Origin: Octopus sinensis
Taxonomy: Eukaryota
DNA length: 64,000 bases
Assembly: GCF_006345805.1 (NCBI RefSeq)
Contig: NC_042997.1
Coordinates: 27,342,001 to 27,406,000, forward strand
Direction: 5' to 3'
Part shown: positions 52,304 through 64,000 of the stretch, piece by piece
Layout: every line of letters begins with the position of its first letter
Position numbering within the stretch: the stretch's first letter is position 1
Position numbers and translations under genes: made by a program
Notes under the pieces: generated by a model
Databases searched by the model: none
Seen by the model: the letters and a program-made list of their open reading frames with translations, nothing else
What the model was told of the DNA's origin: nothing

Positions 52304-52667
52304 AGTATTTTAAAAATAGAACTAAAAAGTACCCAAGGCATTCTAAGTTTTAATATTTATGCATCTTTGGGAAGTGTCTTTACGCTTCCATAAACATACG
52401 TTACGGAATAAAATGCAAATTACCAATATCTCAGTGGATGTTATGCAATAATAACTTCAATTATTTCCTCTACTGGACTGCATATTAGTTATATAGGTCA
52501 AAACAATTGTCTGTATTGTTGCTTAACAATTTCGTCCGACGAATTCCCTTACCGGATGTAAAATTGGAAAATACTCTGTGATTTTACAAGTCACTTCTGC
52601 TTTCTATTCATAAATTCGCATCATGAGAAGTCACAGTGGAATAATTGTAGCTGTGTCCAATATTACA

Positions 52668-52677
52668 TATATAAATA
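52668..52677 (+). promoter_or_regulatory. Candidate TATA box of the IL-17-like gene
   Basis: TATATAAATA, 174 nt upstream of the ATG of the proposed micro-exon. Confidence 0.5.
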
Positions 52678-52841
52678 CATAAATTCATTTATTCATTCAT
52701 TTGAATAAAAGCTAACCCGCAGGCGATAATATTACTAACAAGATATCCAACAACGAAAACTGATCTAACATATAGATTTCATTTTTTCAAACTTAGCCTA
52801 TTAACGTCCATTTTACCATTCCGATTTGTAGAAGCAGCATA

Positions 52842-52856
52842 ATGGTGTTAGTGAAA
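52842..52856 (+). CDS. IL17: IL-17-like gene, predicted coding exon 1 (MVLVK)
   Basis: cataATG GTG TTA GTG AAA|GTAAGT is a consensus phase-0 donor. It joins the phase-0 acceptor at 59812 to give MVLVKVLIQFAVIFNYILVATSAP, a plausible signal peptide. Confidence 0.6.
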
Positions 52857-53309
52857 GTAAGTAAACATTCTGGCATGACATTATCTAATAGATTTTTATG
52901 ACACCGCATTTCTATTTTGATTACATACGAGTATGTCATCTCTACCGAAAAGGTAATCGCTTCCCACGCTTGCTGATCAATTGTTTTTGTCCCATTTTGT
53001 CTCAAAGTCATTCCTGTTTCTATTCGTTACTGTTTCCAATTTTATCTTCGTCTCTTGTTTTCCTATTCGTTTCTGTTGTCACATTCTTTCCTTCTATCAA
53101 GGAAATCTAATGCCCATAACTTAGCTTTTCCTTGGGGCTGGCCGTTTTGGAGCAAATCTCAGAATTAAACAGCCGAAATTTGCCATGATGAATCGGTTTC
53201 TGACTGAAGAATGAAGGCTCTGAATGACTGTCTGTTTTCCGTGTTCGTCAATTCGTGAATTTCACGTTCTTTATATATAAAGTTTTATTCTATATATATA
53301 TATATATAT

Positions 53310-53349
<40 letters not shown>

Positions 53350-53359
<10 letters not shown>

Positions 53360-53635
53360 ATATACTTTGGAAAGACAGCATGGACAAACTCCTTGATTTC
53401 AAAATAATGCTTAACAATATTAATAGCAACGTACAATTCGTCATGGAACACACCGATAAACAACTCCCTTTTCTTGAGATCCTAATCAAAATAGTCAATA
53501 ACCACATCGAAACAGACATCTATAACCCCACAGATTGTAAAACATACATATTATTCAACTCATGCCACCCCAAACACATAAAAATTAATATACCTTATAA
53601 TTTAACGAAAAGAATCTGTACCACAATTTCGTTTT
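53350..53635 (+). mobile_element. Penelope-like RT fragment
   Basis: LLDFKIMLNNINSNVQFVME...LPFLEILI...IETDIY..TD.KTYI.FNSCHPKHIKINIPYNLTKRICT. Confidence 0.85.
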
Positions 53636-53849
53636 TGCAACATATTTCTATTATATAATAAATTTCTAGATAAATAATGAATATTTCTTAGCCCTAATTA
53701 GCTCCTTATTTGTTGATTTTGTAATAGTATTCTAAAATATAGTAGGTGATTTATAGAACTTAACACAGTTTTTTTTTCTTTTTATATTTTTTAATATTTT
53801 TTATATGTTATATTAAATGAATAATGTAATATATAAATACATTACTTCA

Positions 53850-54263
53850 TACTCTTTACTCTTTTACTCTTTTACTTGTTTCAGTCATTTGACTGCGGCC
53901 ATGCTGGAGCACCGCCTTTAATCGAGCAACTCGACCCCGGGACTTATTCTTTTGTAAGCCCAGTACTTATTCTATCGGCCTCTTTTGCCGAACCGCTAAG
54001 TGACGGGGACATAAACACACCAGCATCGGTTGTCAAGCAATGCTAGGGGACAAACACAGACACACAAACACACACACGCATATATATATATATATATACA
54101 TATATACGATGGGCTTCTTTCAGTTTCCGTCTACCAAATCCACTCACAAGGCTTTGGTCGGCCCGAGGCTATAGTAGAAGACACTTGCCCAAGGTGCCAC
54201 GCAGTGGGACTGAACCCGGAACCATGTGGTTGGTAGACAAGCTACTTACCACACAGCCACTCC
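53850..54263 (-). mobile_element. SINE family A, full length
   Basis: Complete match to the other copies; normal base composition. Confidence 0.9.
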
Positions 54264-55355
54264 TGCGCCTATACTAGTGTTGTGTTTCTAATTTTTTATT
54301 TTTTATGAGATTTGTATTAGTTTATTTTAGTTATTTAGGTTCTGTATTTACTTATAGTTAGATTATATTTAGTTGTTTATTTTATTACTAAATATTTAAT
54401 GGTTTATTGAATATAGAGTTTGGAAAGTTACAATTTTGTAAGTATAGGATAATTTTTTTATAATGATAACTTATTCTATTATTGAATAATGCATTTGATC
54501 TATCATTATATTAATTTACCTATTTAATTAGATTAATTTATTATTAATTAGTATATATTTAAGTATTAATAACATGATATATTTATATTATAATAACGTT
54601 AAGTTTATATATTTTGTTATATTTCTGTTATAATTTTGTTAAATTATAATTTTGTTACATTAATATATATGTATGTAATCTCTTTATATTTGAAATAGAT
54701 TTATTTGGATGTTTATTTAATCTATTTTATTTAATATAGAAGTATAGATTAGTAAGATTGAGTATATAGATTAAACTTAATGTTTACCTCAATGTTTGTA
54801 TTGAAGTTTGAATATAGACATTTATATACGTATTTATTTATATGATATATGTGTTTCTGTGTGTGTGTATGTATATATGTGTATATGTTTATGTACGTGT
54901 ATATATATGTATATGTATATATAGTTCATCACAAAACCTCGCTAAACTAAGTATATATTTATATTTAAGATCTTTAAATTTTAATATTTTATAAGACTTA
55001 TGGTGTAATAATATTGTTTTTATGTAAATATCGTTGTTTATGTAATGATCTAATTATCGTAATTTTCTATATAATTATTAGATATTAACTTTAAGTTTAT
55101 TCGTAAGAATTTACTTAGCGATAGATATGTTGTTTGATAGCAAGTATACGAGTTGTTTAAAGTTAGGTTTATGTATATACATGTATTAATAGCATTAATT
55201 GTAGTTTTAAATTTCTTATAATTATTATTTTAACTTATATATTGTCTTTTTAAATTGATATTTGCTAGTTTTATTATTCTCATTGATAAATATATTTATA
55301 GTATTTATTTGATACTATATAACTACGAATTGATTATTTCTTTAAATATTTTAAA

Positions 55356-55748
55356 CTAGCAGTATCGCCCGGCGTTGCTCGGGTTTGTTTCGACCCTTTA
55401 GAATTGGAAGTTTTGACAAGTAAAAGTTTTGCACCATGAAGCTTGTTATTCTCTTTAAGTGAACATTTTTCTGGTTGAAATACACCGAAAGATGGCGACA
55501 CAGCAGTAAAAAAATCGTAAACAATAGGGATTTTCATAGAAAAAAAGGCACCTTTTTGATGTAAATAATTTTTAGTGTTAACATGGTCCGATTTGAATTT
55601 TTTCTTCTACGAAAGGAAGAGCAAGCCTCCTTCTAACATACTTTCAATTTTGGTCAACGTGCGCCGCAGGGTCTCAGAGGAGATAGTGTTAGTTGAAGGC
55701 TACCAAACCTGCCACACACAGACAACTTCAGCTTTATATATAGAGAGA
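55356..55748 (-). mobile_element. Non-autonomous Helitron, family 2
   Basis: Reverse strand: A|TCTCTCTATATATAAAG ... cccgagcaacgccgggcgatactgCTAG|T. The 3' end is identical to family 1 but the interior is unrelated. Confidence 0.85.
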
Positions 55749-56274
55749 TATAAGATTTCTGAGCGTTATTATTTAGCCAACGAGATATAAAGATAGTAAA
55801 TTTGCTATAGCGTTCGTTTAAGATTGTTTGTTAGTATTTTTGAAATTAGCTATTTCATCTTTAAATATGAAAAATTAATTTATTAGGTCTTAATTATATG
55901 TGCATATATATTTATTTATAGAGATTATTTTAGATCGTAATTATAATATTTATATACATTTATATATTTTCATTGATAATTTATATATTATTTCAATTTT
56001 ATATTTTTAATAATATAATTGGTTTTTTGTAAAATATTTATGTAATTAGATATTGACTATTACTGATATTAGATTATTCGTGGGTTTCTTAACTTAAAAG
56101 TTAATACTTATAATTAAAATTAATATTTAACATTATAATCGATGTTTTGATATAATCATAATCGTCAAGTTTCTAGTTTGGTAATAGAGTTTTTTATAAG
56201 TAAAATTATAATATTATTCATTTCTTTAAAATATTGTTTAAATATTTCTGATTATTTATTAAAATATTATTAAC

Positions 56275-56355
56275 CTGAAGATTGACTGTAACCATAATTC
56301 GAATTATTAATTGAATTTAAATTATTGTTATTCGAATTGGTTACTGGCATGAAAC
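56275..56355 (+). ncRNA. Hammerhead ribozyme-like motif with intact core boxes
   Basis: CTGAAGA, imperfect stem ttgactgtaacca...tggttactggcat (extended by an inner ttcgaa pair), then GAAAC. Confidence 0.45.
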
Positions 56356-56476
56356 GATGGTAGTGTTTTCACTCTTTATCTTATTTTAAACTTTTAATAC
56401 TTTTTGATAGTTATATAATTTTAAAAAACATAAATAAATAAATAGACAAAATAAAATTTAAAAAATAATAATAAAA

Positions 56477-56534
<58 letters not shown>

Positions 56535-56736
56535 TTTATAAGTTTAAATTATTTAAATGATTTTTAAAATTTTAACTTTAATTTAAATATTTTAATTTGG
56601 AATTTATCTTTTTTATATTTTAAATTTTATATTTTTTTTATTAATTTTATTTCTATGTATTGGCTTCTGATTTTCACTGTTTGATTTGCCTAATAGTGGT
56701 TTTATCTCTAATTAATATTATATATACATATATATA

Positions 56737-56806
<70 letters not shown>

Positions 56807-56845
56807 ATGTATGTATATATATATATATGTATATATGTTTGTATG

Positions 56846-56879
<34 letters not shown>

Positions 56880-59150
56880 TTAATAAAAGGAATTCCAACC
56901 TTGTCTGATTTTCACGTTTTATTTACAATCTTATAATGATATAATATAAGATATAATATAATAAACTAAAATAAAATAATAGAATGTTAAATGTTCATTC
57001 TGATTGAACTAGTACTTTCATGCATTAAATTCTGCAATCTTCGGGTTTTGACTGTAGCGAGATGATTAAATATGTGCCTTAAATACAGCTGTGTAGGCTC
57101 CAGTTTGCTAGGTTTTGCCATAGTTTACCTCCACCTCCTGGTAGAGTTGTTGTTCTAAGTATCCCATTACAGAGTTGGCGTAAACGGGAGCAAACCTCGT
57201 TCTCATCGCCGTGCCTCTAATATGTATGTAATTCTTTCCATTGAAGAAGAATGTGTTGTTTTCTAGAATAAGTTTGACTGTGTCTAAAATAAATGGCACT
57301 GTGAATCTGTTGGGAATCACGTCTCTATGTTTTTCTAACCAGTATTTAATCGCCTGTATTCCTAAATCGTGGGATACTTAGAACAACAACTCTACCAAAA
57401 GGTAGAGGTAAACTATGGCACTGGATTTAGAAAGTATATTGAAAAGGCATGGAAGAGATACCTTGACGACTGCTTCATAATCTGGACAGAATATCTAAAT
57501 ACTCTGGAAGAGTTCAATATCCTCCTGAACAACCTACACCCATCTATCCAATTTACAAAGGAGATGAGTAGTACCAAATTACAATTCCTAGATATAATGG
57601 TAATTAAAAGACACCACCATCACCACAGATATATACTATAAACACACAGACACACACCAATACCTGAATTTTAAGTCGTGCCATCCACCACATACAAAAT
57701 GCAACATCCCATTCTGTCTAGCTAGAAGAATTTGTACCATTATAGAAGATGCAAATATCAGGAACAAACGCCTAACAGAACTAAGAGAATTTTTGCTCAA
57801 ACAAAAATATCAATCTCTACTTATAGAAAATGGCATACAGCGGGCTTTAAAAATACCCATACAACTTAGGACAACCCAAGGAAGAGGAAAACAAGAACAA
57901 GTCGTACCATTCATAGTGACACACAACCCACGTCACCAGAATATCTTCAACATCGCCAAAGCAAACCTACCAATCATTGCTCAAATTAATGAATTAAAAG
58001 ACATAATCACGGATCGAGCTATGGTTCTTAGTAAAAGACAGCCTAAAAACTTGAAAAAATTACTAACAAAGGCAAAATTTGACCTTAGCAACAAAGACCA
58101 AACATTCACTGTATCTAAATGCAATGATAGCCGATGTGGCACATGCCAATTCATACATACCGGCCAATATATAAACACAAAAACCGGGAAAATATTCACG
58201 AACGCGAATATGAACTGCAAAAGCAGAAATTTAATTTACTGCATCAAATGCTCAAATTGTGAAGAAATATATGTAGGTCAGACGGGAAATGCACTATCAG
58301 AACGCTCACGTGTACACCGACAACAGATTAGAGACCCAGAGGTCCGTCAGATACCTTTGAGTAACCACCTAGCAACATGGTCGGAAATATATATATAATA
58401 TTTCCATTCTACAAATTACACAGCCCAAGTGAAATCGAGAGGAAAATCAGAGAAAAGAATTTTATTGATAAATTCGAACCCAAGCTAAATAAGCAATAAT
58501 AATAATACTTAGAGGTACTACTTCTACTGCTACGACCATGACCACTAACAACAACAACAATACTAAAGGTGATGAAGATGAAGATAGCAGGAAAAGTATC
58601 TTATTTAGGGTTAAAAGTTCTATTGCCACCACCATCTCCACTAGCAACAATAATTAAGGTGCTGACAATGATGATGATAACAATTGAAATCCCTGACAAA
58701 GGCTATTTACAACATTTCTAAAAATAGCCCAACAATTGCTGCCTCGGCCAGGGTTAAGATACAGGACTCTTGACATGTTCAACAAAGCGTGACGCCTAAA
58801 CCAATCAGCTCAACCAACCAATCAGCTTAAGTAATTGAGTGATACTACACACTCATTGGTCATAATTCAGTTCGCAAAACCTAGCAATCTGGAGTCCACA
58901 CAGCTGTATTTAAGGCACAGATTTAATCATCTCGCTACAGTCAAAAATTGTGAAGCATGACTGTCACCACTACTACATGAACCTGAAGATTGCAGAATTT
59001 AATTCATGAAAGTACTAGTTCAATCAGAATGAACATTTAACATTCTATTATTTTATTTTATTTTATTTTATTATATTATATTATATTATATCATTATAAG
59101 ATTGTAAATAAAACGTGAAAATCAGACGAGGTTGGAATTCCTTTTATTAA
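56880..59150 (+). mobile_element. Penelope-like element (RT C-half and GIY-YIG) with inverted pseudo-LTR ends
   Basis: WKRYLDDCFIIW, HQYLNFKSCHP, and NLIYCIKCSNCEEIYVGQTG...R..VHRQQIR; 56880-57118 is approximately the reverse complement of 58874-59150; an inverted RT piece lies at 57119-57360. Confidence 0.9.
58693..58733 (+). ncRNA. Degenerate hammerhead motif in the Penelope 3' region
   Basis: ctgacaa (for CTGANGA), stem ggctattt/aaatagcc, caac (for GAAAC); located just after the GIY-YIG region. Confidence 0.3.
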
Positions 59151-59190
59151 CATATTCTTCTATACACAATCACACACACCCGTATATATA

Positions 59191-59277
<87 letters not shown>

Positions 59278-59812
59278 ATATATATGAGTAAGTGTTCAAA
59301 AGTTTCTGGCTTTCGTTAAAAGATACAGCACGTCTGCGTATCTTCACTCATTTATTACTGTTTTTATTTCATCTCATGTCCAATGTCCGGAAATCATTCG
59401 TCACATATCTGTGACATCTTCAACGACCCTTTCCCTCCACGTGTATCCTCCTGCCCCGCTTAGTCTAGTCTGTCCTTCTAGGATGTGTATCCTTATCTGC
59501 ACATGCGTTTGTGAGTGTGTGTGTGTGTGCGTCTGTATGTGTGTTAGTGTGTGTGTGTGTCCTTGTGTGTGCGTGTGTGCGTATGCAAACGCGTATCTAT
59601 ATATTTCACATGTGTGCTTATGTGTATGTGTATGTGGACCCGCCTAAAACACTGTTTATATCAGTGCCCAATATATTTTTGTTCTCAGTAGTACTTTGAC
59701 CTTCCCCTCATCTACGATTTCTTTTCTATTGCTGTTGCTACTATTGCTGCTGTACTTGACCCTTACTTTTGATATTGTTCATGTATCTGTGTGTATATTT
59801 TCTATTAAACAG

Positions 59813-60334
59813 GTTCTCATCCAATTTGCAGTTATTTTTAACTACATCTTAGTCGCAACATCGGCACCAGTGCTTACCCAATGTGATATACCATCTGACT
59901 TGAAAGTCGAATATCAGAAGCTATCCAGCACAGCGATCGGCAATAACTTTTTTCTCTCAGGTGAAATGGCTCCAGCTGAAAGTAACCAATCAGCACTGAA
60001 TAACAGTGATAATAGTTACCCAACAACTTCTGCATATAATAATATCATCCGTGAACGCACAAGCTGTCCTTGGCACCTTAACGTTACTCATGATTCAACA
60101 ATTTTCCCACCATCAATTACTAAAGTGGTGTGTCGCTGTAGAAAATGTCTGGACAATAGCAACAACCATTGTGTGACGGTATATACGTCAATGACTGTCC
60201 TGAAACGCACAGGTGAATGTGTTGGTGGTTTGTATGTGTACAGACCAAGGGTCATTCAAGTAGCCACAGCCTGTGTGTGTGTACGGAAGGTTGATGTCAT
60301 TAATGAAAGAAATATGCTACAATATGAGTCGTAA
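59813..60334 (+). CDS. IL17: Interleukin-17-like cytokine, main coding exon (symbol is family-level only)
   Basis: Acceptor ttttctattaaacag|GTT; hydrophobic VLIQFAVIFNYILVATSAP; IL-17 hallmarks RERTSCPW, VVCRCRKC, HCVTVY..MTVLKR...C..G.YVY....QVATACVC; open to a TAA stop; 178 aa with exon 1. Confidence 0.92.
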   Translation, partial: VLIQFAVIFNYILVATSAPVLTQCDIPSDLKVEYQKLSSTAIGNNFFLSGEMAPAESNQSALNNSDNSYPTTSAYNNIIRERTSCPWHLNVTHDSTIFPPSITKVVCRCRKCLDNSNNHCVTVYTSMTVLKRTGECVGGLYVYRPRVIQVATACVCVRKVDVINERNMLQYES

Positions 60335-60388
60335 AAGCAGTAAAATTCTATTGCGGGCAATGCCGCTAGAATATTTAAATATATGTGC

Positions 60389-60419
<31 letters not shown>

Positions 60420-60456
60420 TGTATGTATGTATGTATTTATGTATGTCGTTATTCAG

Positions 60457-60481
60457 TTTATTTATTTATTTATTTATTTAT
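60457..60481 (+). promoter_or_regulatory. Overlapping ATTTA pentamers in the putative IL-17 3' UTR (ARE-like)
   Basis: tttatttatttatttatttattta, ~125 nt after the stop; could be a plain (TTTA)n microsatellite. Confidence 0.3.
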
Positions 60482-60809
60482 GTTTATATGTATGTGTATC
60501 ATTATTCAATTTATATGTGTATGTGTGTAAGTTTAAATACATATGGATGCTATGAAAGAAACTGAAGAAAACTCAAAGCACTTAATATTAAATATATCTA
60601 ATAATATAATCCTTTATAGTAGATATATACAATACAATGTTATCGAGTCGTCTCTTAGTTCTTACTATTACTCTATATCGAACAAGTGAGCATCTATTCA
60701 TCTATCGTTCAATATTGCATACATGCATCTATATAAGCTTCTGAAATTTTCCAAGCATACCTATATGTACGTACATATGTGTGTGTGCGTGTGCGTGCGC
60801 GTGTGTGTA

Positions 60810-61600
60810 CAGGGTGCAATGAATAAGCTGTTGTCTAAATTACGCAAACATGAAAATAACACTGACATCTCATTTTAACAGATATTTTTACCAAAATTAC
60901 ATTTAAAAAATGTTGAAATACTAAAGAGTAAATTTATTCAATGAAATTGCCATTGGCCTCAACCACCGTCTCCAGACGACTTTGGAATCTTCTGCAAATA
61001 TTCTGGATGTCTCCTTGTTTAAATCGGTGAATGCTGCCATAATACTTGCCTTCAGTTCATCTTTGGTATCACAAGGAGTTTTGTTGATCTTTCGCTCAAC
61101 TGTACCGCACATGTAATAATCAAGGGATTGTAGGCTGGGGTGTTAGGTGGCCAGATGTTAGGGGTGATGTGGTCGCAGAAATTGTCTGACAGCCATGATT
61201 GGTTTCTCTTCCTTGTGTGGTATGGTACAGAGTCCTGTTGTCTGACAAAGGTTCTTCCAGCAGCCACCCTCTTGACACTGAGCAACGTTACCTCCTCCAG
61301 GCACTTGATGTAGGCCACCGTGTGAGGTTGTGTGGGAAGATGATTGGAGGCATAATGTCACCATCACCGGTGATCACTTCAAACACCATGATGTTGACTG
61401 AACGTTTGATCTTTATCACTTTCGGTACATGGCCTCAGATTGCACTCTCATTATATTGAGACACAAACACTCTGAAATGTTCGCATTGGAGCTTCCGGCG
61501 CGAATGCCTAGCTGTACAGCATGTCGTTTCGAAATTACTGGCAGATCGAATTGCGTCATGGTGCTGTTTTTCTCACAGATGGTGCCCAACTGACGCTACT
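60810..61600 (-). mobile_element. Internally deleted maT/DD37D-like Tc1/mariner element
   Basis: TA|cagggtgcaatgaataa TIR; reverse strand encodes FVRQQDSVPYHT...NIWPPNTP..NPL/DYY.CGTVE...KDELKASI...RLETVVEANGNFIE. Confidence 0.85.
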
Positions 61601-61605
61601 ATACT

Positions 61606-61835
61606 GCGGCGAGCTGGCAGAAACGTTAGCACGCCGGGCGAAATGCTTAGCAGTATTTCGTCTGTCTTTACGTTCTGAGTTCAAATTCCGCCGAGGTCGA
61701 CTTTGCCTTTCATCCTTTCGGGGTCGATAAATTAAGTACCAGTTACGCACTGGGGTCGATATAATAGACTTAATCCCTTTGTCTGTCCTTGTTTGTCCCC
61801 TCTGTGTTTAGCCCCTTGTGGGTAGTAAAGAAATA
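61606..61835 (+). mobile_element. SINE family B monomer
   Basis: gcggcgagctggcagaaacgttagcacg...gtagtaaagaaata; flanked by tatactg on both sides. Confidence 0.9.
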
Positions 61836-62004
61836 TATACTGTGTAGTCCACAAATTCGAAAACAAACAATGCGCATGCGCAATATATATATATATATGT
61901 ATGTATGTATGGATGAATTGTATATTCATATACACATGCACATAAAATTCATATATTTTTTATATCTTTACTTTAAAATCTACCCTACCCTACCTCAAAT
62001 TGTT

Positions 62005-62455
62005 ATTTGATAAATATGTTTTTGTATATCTTTTTTGTATATATTTATATACACAATACTTACTTTGATACTTTGATAGGTATCGGCAATTATTGGCTCA
62101 GGCCACGTCTAACTTAATAGCACCACCTTAATAGCACCCAATATATAAATGTTTTTGTATATCTTTTTTGTATATATTTATATAAAATATATAAATATAT
62201 ATTTTCGTATACCTTTTTTGTATATATTTATTTATACAATATAAAAATATGTTTTCGTGTATCTTTTTTATATATTTATTTATACAATATATAAATATGT
62301 TTTTGTATATATTTTTGTATATATTTATATATACAATATATAAATATATGTTTTTGCATCTCTTTTTTGTGCATCAGCATGGCCGCAGTTCTGAGCTGAA
62401 AATAGAAAAAAAAATATATGTTTTTGTATATCTCTTTTGTATATATTTATACATT
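62005..62455. repeat. Degenerate ~50 bp AT-rich minisatellite
   Basis: atgtttttgtatatcttttttgtatatatttatat.. recurs about seven times. Confidence 0.8.
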
Positions 62456-62910
62456 TTTGTAACAATAATTTATGTTTGGAAGAATTTTGAATACAGTACT
62501 GGCGATTATGATACTAGTTGACTACATATTTGCCTTATATGTGCAGAGGTTTGCAGAGGGATTAATACTTAAACACAGTATCATGAGAAACAATTCTGCG
62601 TATCATATTTCATTACATTTATAGGAAATTTTACATTTTAAGGTCCATAAAGCTTTATTAAATACTCAGGTGTTTTGGTTTGTTCTGCTTTTAACATTTC
62701 TCATTTCCATAGTGCATGTACGTATTGAATTGCTGACTGGATGAACATGAATTTATTTTATAGATTACAATATGAAGTCGAAGTTACACAACTTACTCAT
62801 ATGGGTTTCTCATGACAGTGATTAAAACAAAGGAAATACGCCTAAATGGCATATCTGTTTTTTAAACCTTCACACACAAACATGCACAGCATGTGTGTGT
62901 GTGTGTGCGT

Positions 62911-62972
<62 letters not shown>

Positions 62973-63479
62973 AACGATGAACTCTACCCTCATCAGAGGA
63001 TAAGTAAGTTATGGATTTCAACTGAAAACTCAGAAAGTGGCAACTACGGAAATCCTGTGAGGAAGATCTTCGGGAAAATAAAGAATATATTGTTTTTACA
63101 TTTACCAAGAGAATAGAAACACTGTTATTCCTATTAGATGAAATTGCTAAGGCAGTATTTCATGATCAACAGTCGAAGAGTTATTTCCCGTCCCAGAGTA
63201 AATGTTTGAAAATCCATTATAGGCATAGGAAAAGTGAAAGATAGAGAGGTAGGGAGAGGAGAGGAAAGGAGAGAGAGAGAGAGGGAGAGAAAGAGGGAGA
63301 GACTGAGAGACAGACAGATAGAGAAGCTTCGAGAAATATGATGTGGATGATAGTATGAAACTATGTACAGAACACAGCTTCTGCCACGAGACCACTACAC
63401 TATAGGGTCTCGGCCTCTTCATGGTCATTCACAATTATGGATATTCGTGTGCTAGGCATAGCTGTTGTTCACTCCAGCT

Positions 63480-63985
63480 CGCAGTATATAGAAAATAAGT
63501 GACATACAATCACTGAACTAGCGACGAGCAAACTAGCTAGGTTAGAAAACCCTATAAGAAATGAAAGCAGTCTTTATACTAAGAAGTAGTGTTGAAAAAT
63601 CCATTAATTTATTTGGCACCGAATGTATGGAGAAATTTAATTTATGGCATACACCCATAAGCGCTTTGTGGAATAACCTAAACGGAGTAGTCAAACGATC
63701 GAACGAATTCGAGGAGCTGAAATAAAAAGTGAAAGAAACTTTCTCCAAAGCGTGTTTTTTTTTTCTTTTTTTTGGAAGGTTTAGGCTGTTGCATAAAAAA
63801 AAAATCAAGGTTTGCTATCAAAGACAATTCAACACCTCTCAGGCTCAAACGGAACGCGCCGTTTGCTGCAGTAGATCAGGTCAGTAACTAACTAGAAAGG
63901 TTGGAAATCCTGAATATAAGAATATAATTTTAAAGATGGACCACGCAAACTGGGCAGCACCGGCGGTGTACGTAAAAATAATAAT
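63480..63985 (+). mobile_element. Gypsy LTR-retrotransposon pol fragment (protease-RT junction), decayed
   Basis: SINLFGTECMEKFNLWHTPI, then KDNSTPL..RNAPFAAVDQVSN*LERLEILNI...DHANWAAPAVYVK, matching the P.F...R..PFA....V..EL.RL...G.I.....S.WAAP.V.V RT start. Confidence 0.75.
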
Positions 63986-64000
63986 AATAAGCTAAGAGTG

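Noticed and set aside
54275-56450. Mitochondrial insertion (NUMT) to explain the AT richness and skew
   Set aside because: No recognisable mitochondrial protein, rRNA or tRNA motif was seen; only a BLAST search would fully exclude it.
59283-59295. ATGA|GTAAGT as a nearer IL-17 first exon
   Set aside because: It is a phase-1 donor, incompatible with the phase-0 acceptor at 59812, and abuts a (TA)n tract with no clear promoter.
59696-59812. N-terminal 39 aa of the 212-aa ORF as the IL-17 start
   Set aside because: It begins at TTG in pyrimidine-rich sequence ending in a good AG acceptor; better explained as intron.

Overview
Repeat-dense animal genomic DNA. The SINE families, microsatellite load and IL-17 suggest an octopus or other coleoid cephalopod (inference, not a database result). 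The one confident host gene is an interleukin-17-like cytokine on the + strand. I model it as two exons: a TATA box at 52668, a micro-exon encoding MVLVK (52842-52856, GTAAGT donor), a ~7 kb intron, and a main exon (59813-60334) with the rest of the signal peptide and the cystine-knot domain. The rest is mostly transposon relics: RTE, CR1, R4-like and Penelope retroelements, a Gypsy pol fragment, Tc1/mariner relics, three non-autonomous Helitrons, several foldback/MITE elements, and four or more tRNA-headed SINE types, some multimeric or chimeric. Best candidates for follow-up: (1) a local A-B-B-A-B-A segmental array at 22.5-29.2 kb whose A units carry a conserved TATA box and a signal-peptide-like short ORF or orphan first exon; (2) strongly AT-eroded, C-depleted tracts (4.3-5.2 kb and 53.6-56.6 kb) interrupted by normal-composition insertions; (3) several degenerate hammerhead-ribozyme motifs near Penelope relics and the eroded tracts. 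There are no rRNA genes, genuine tRNA genes or CRISPR arrays. Most ORFs in the supplied track are translated microsatellites. Coordinates of decayed elements are approximate.
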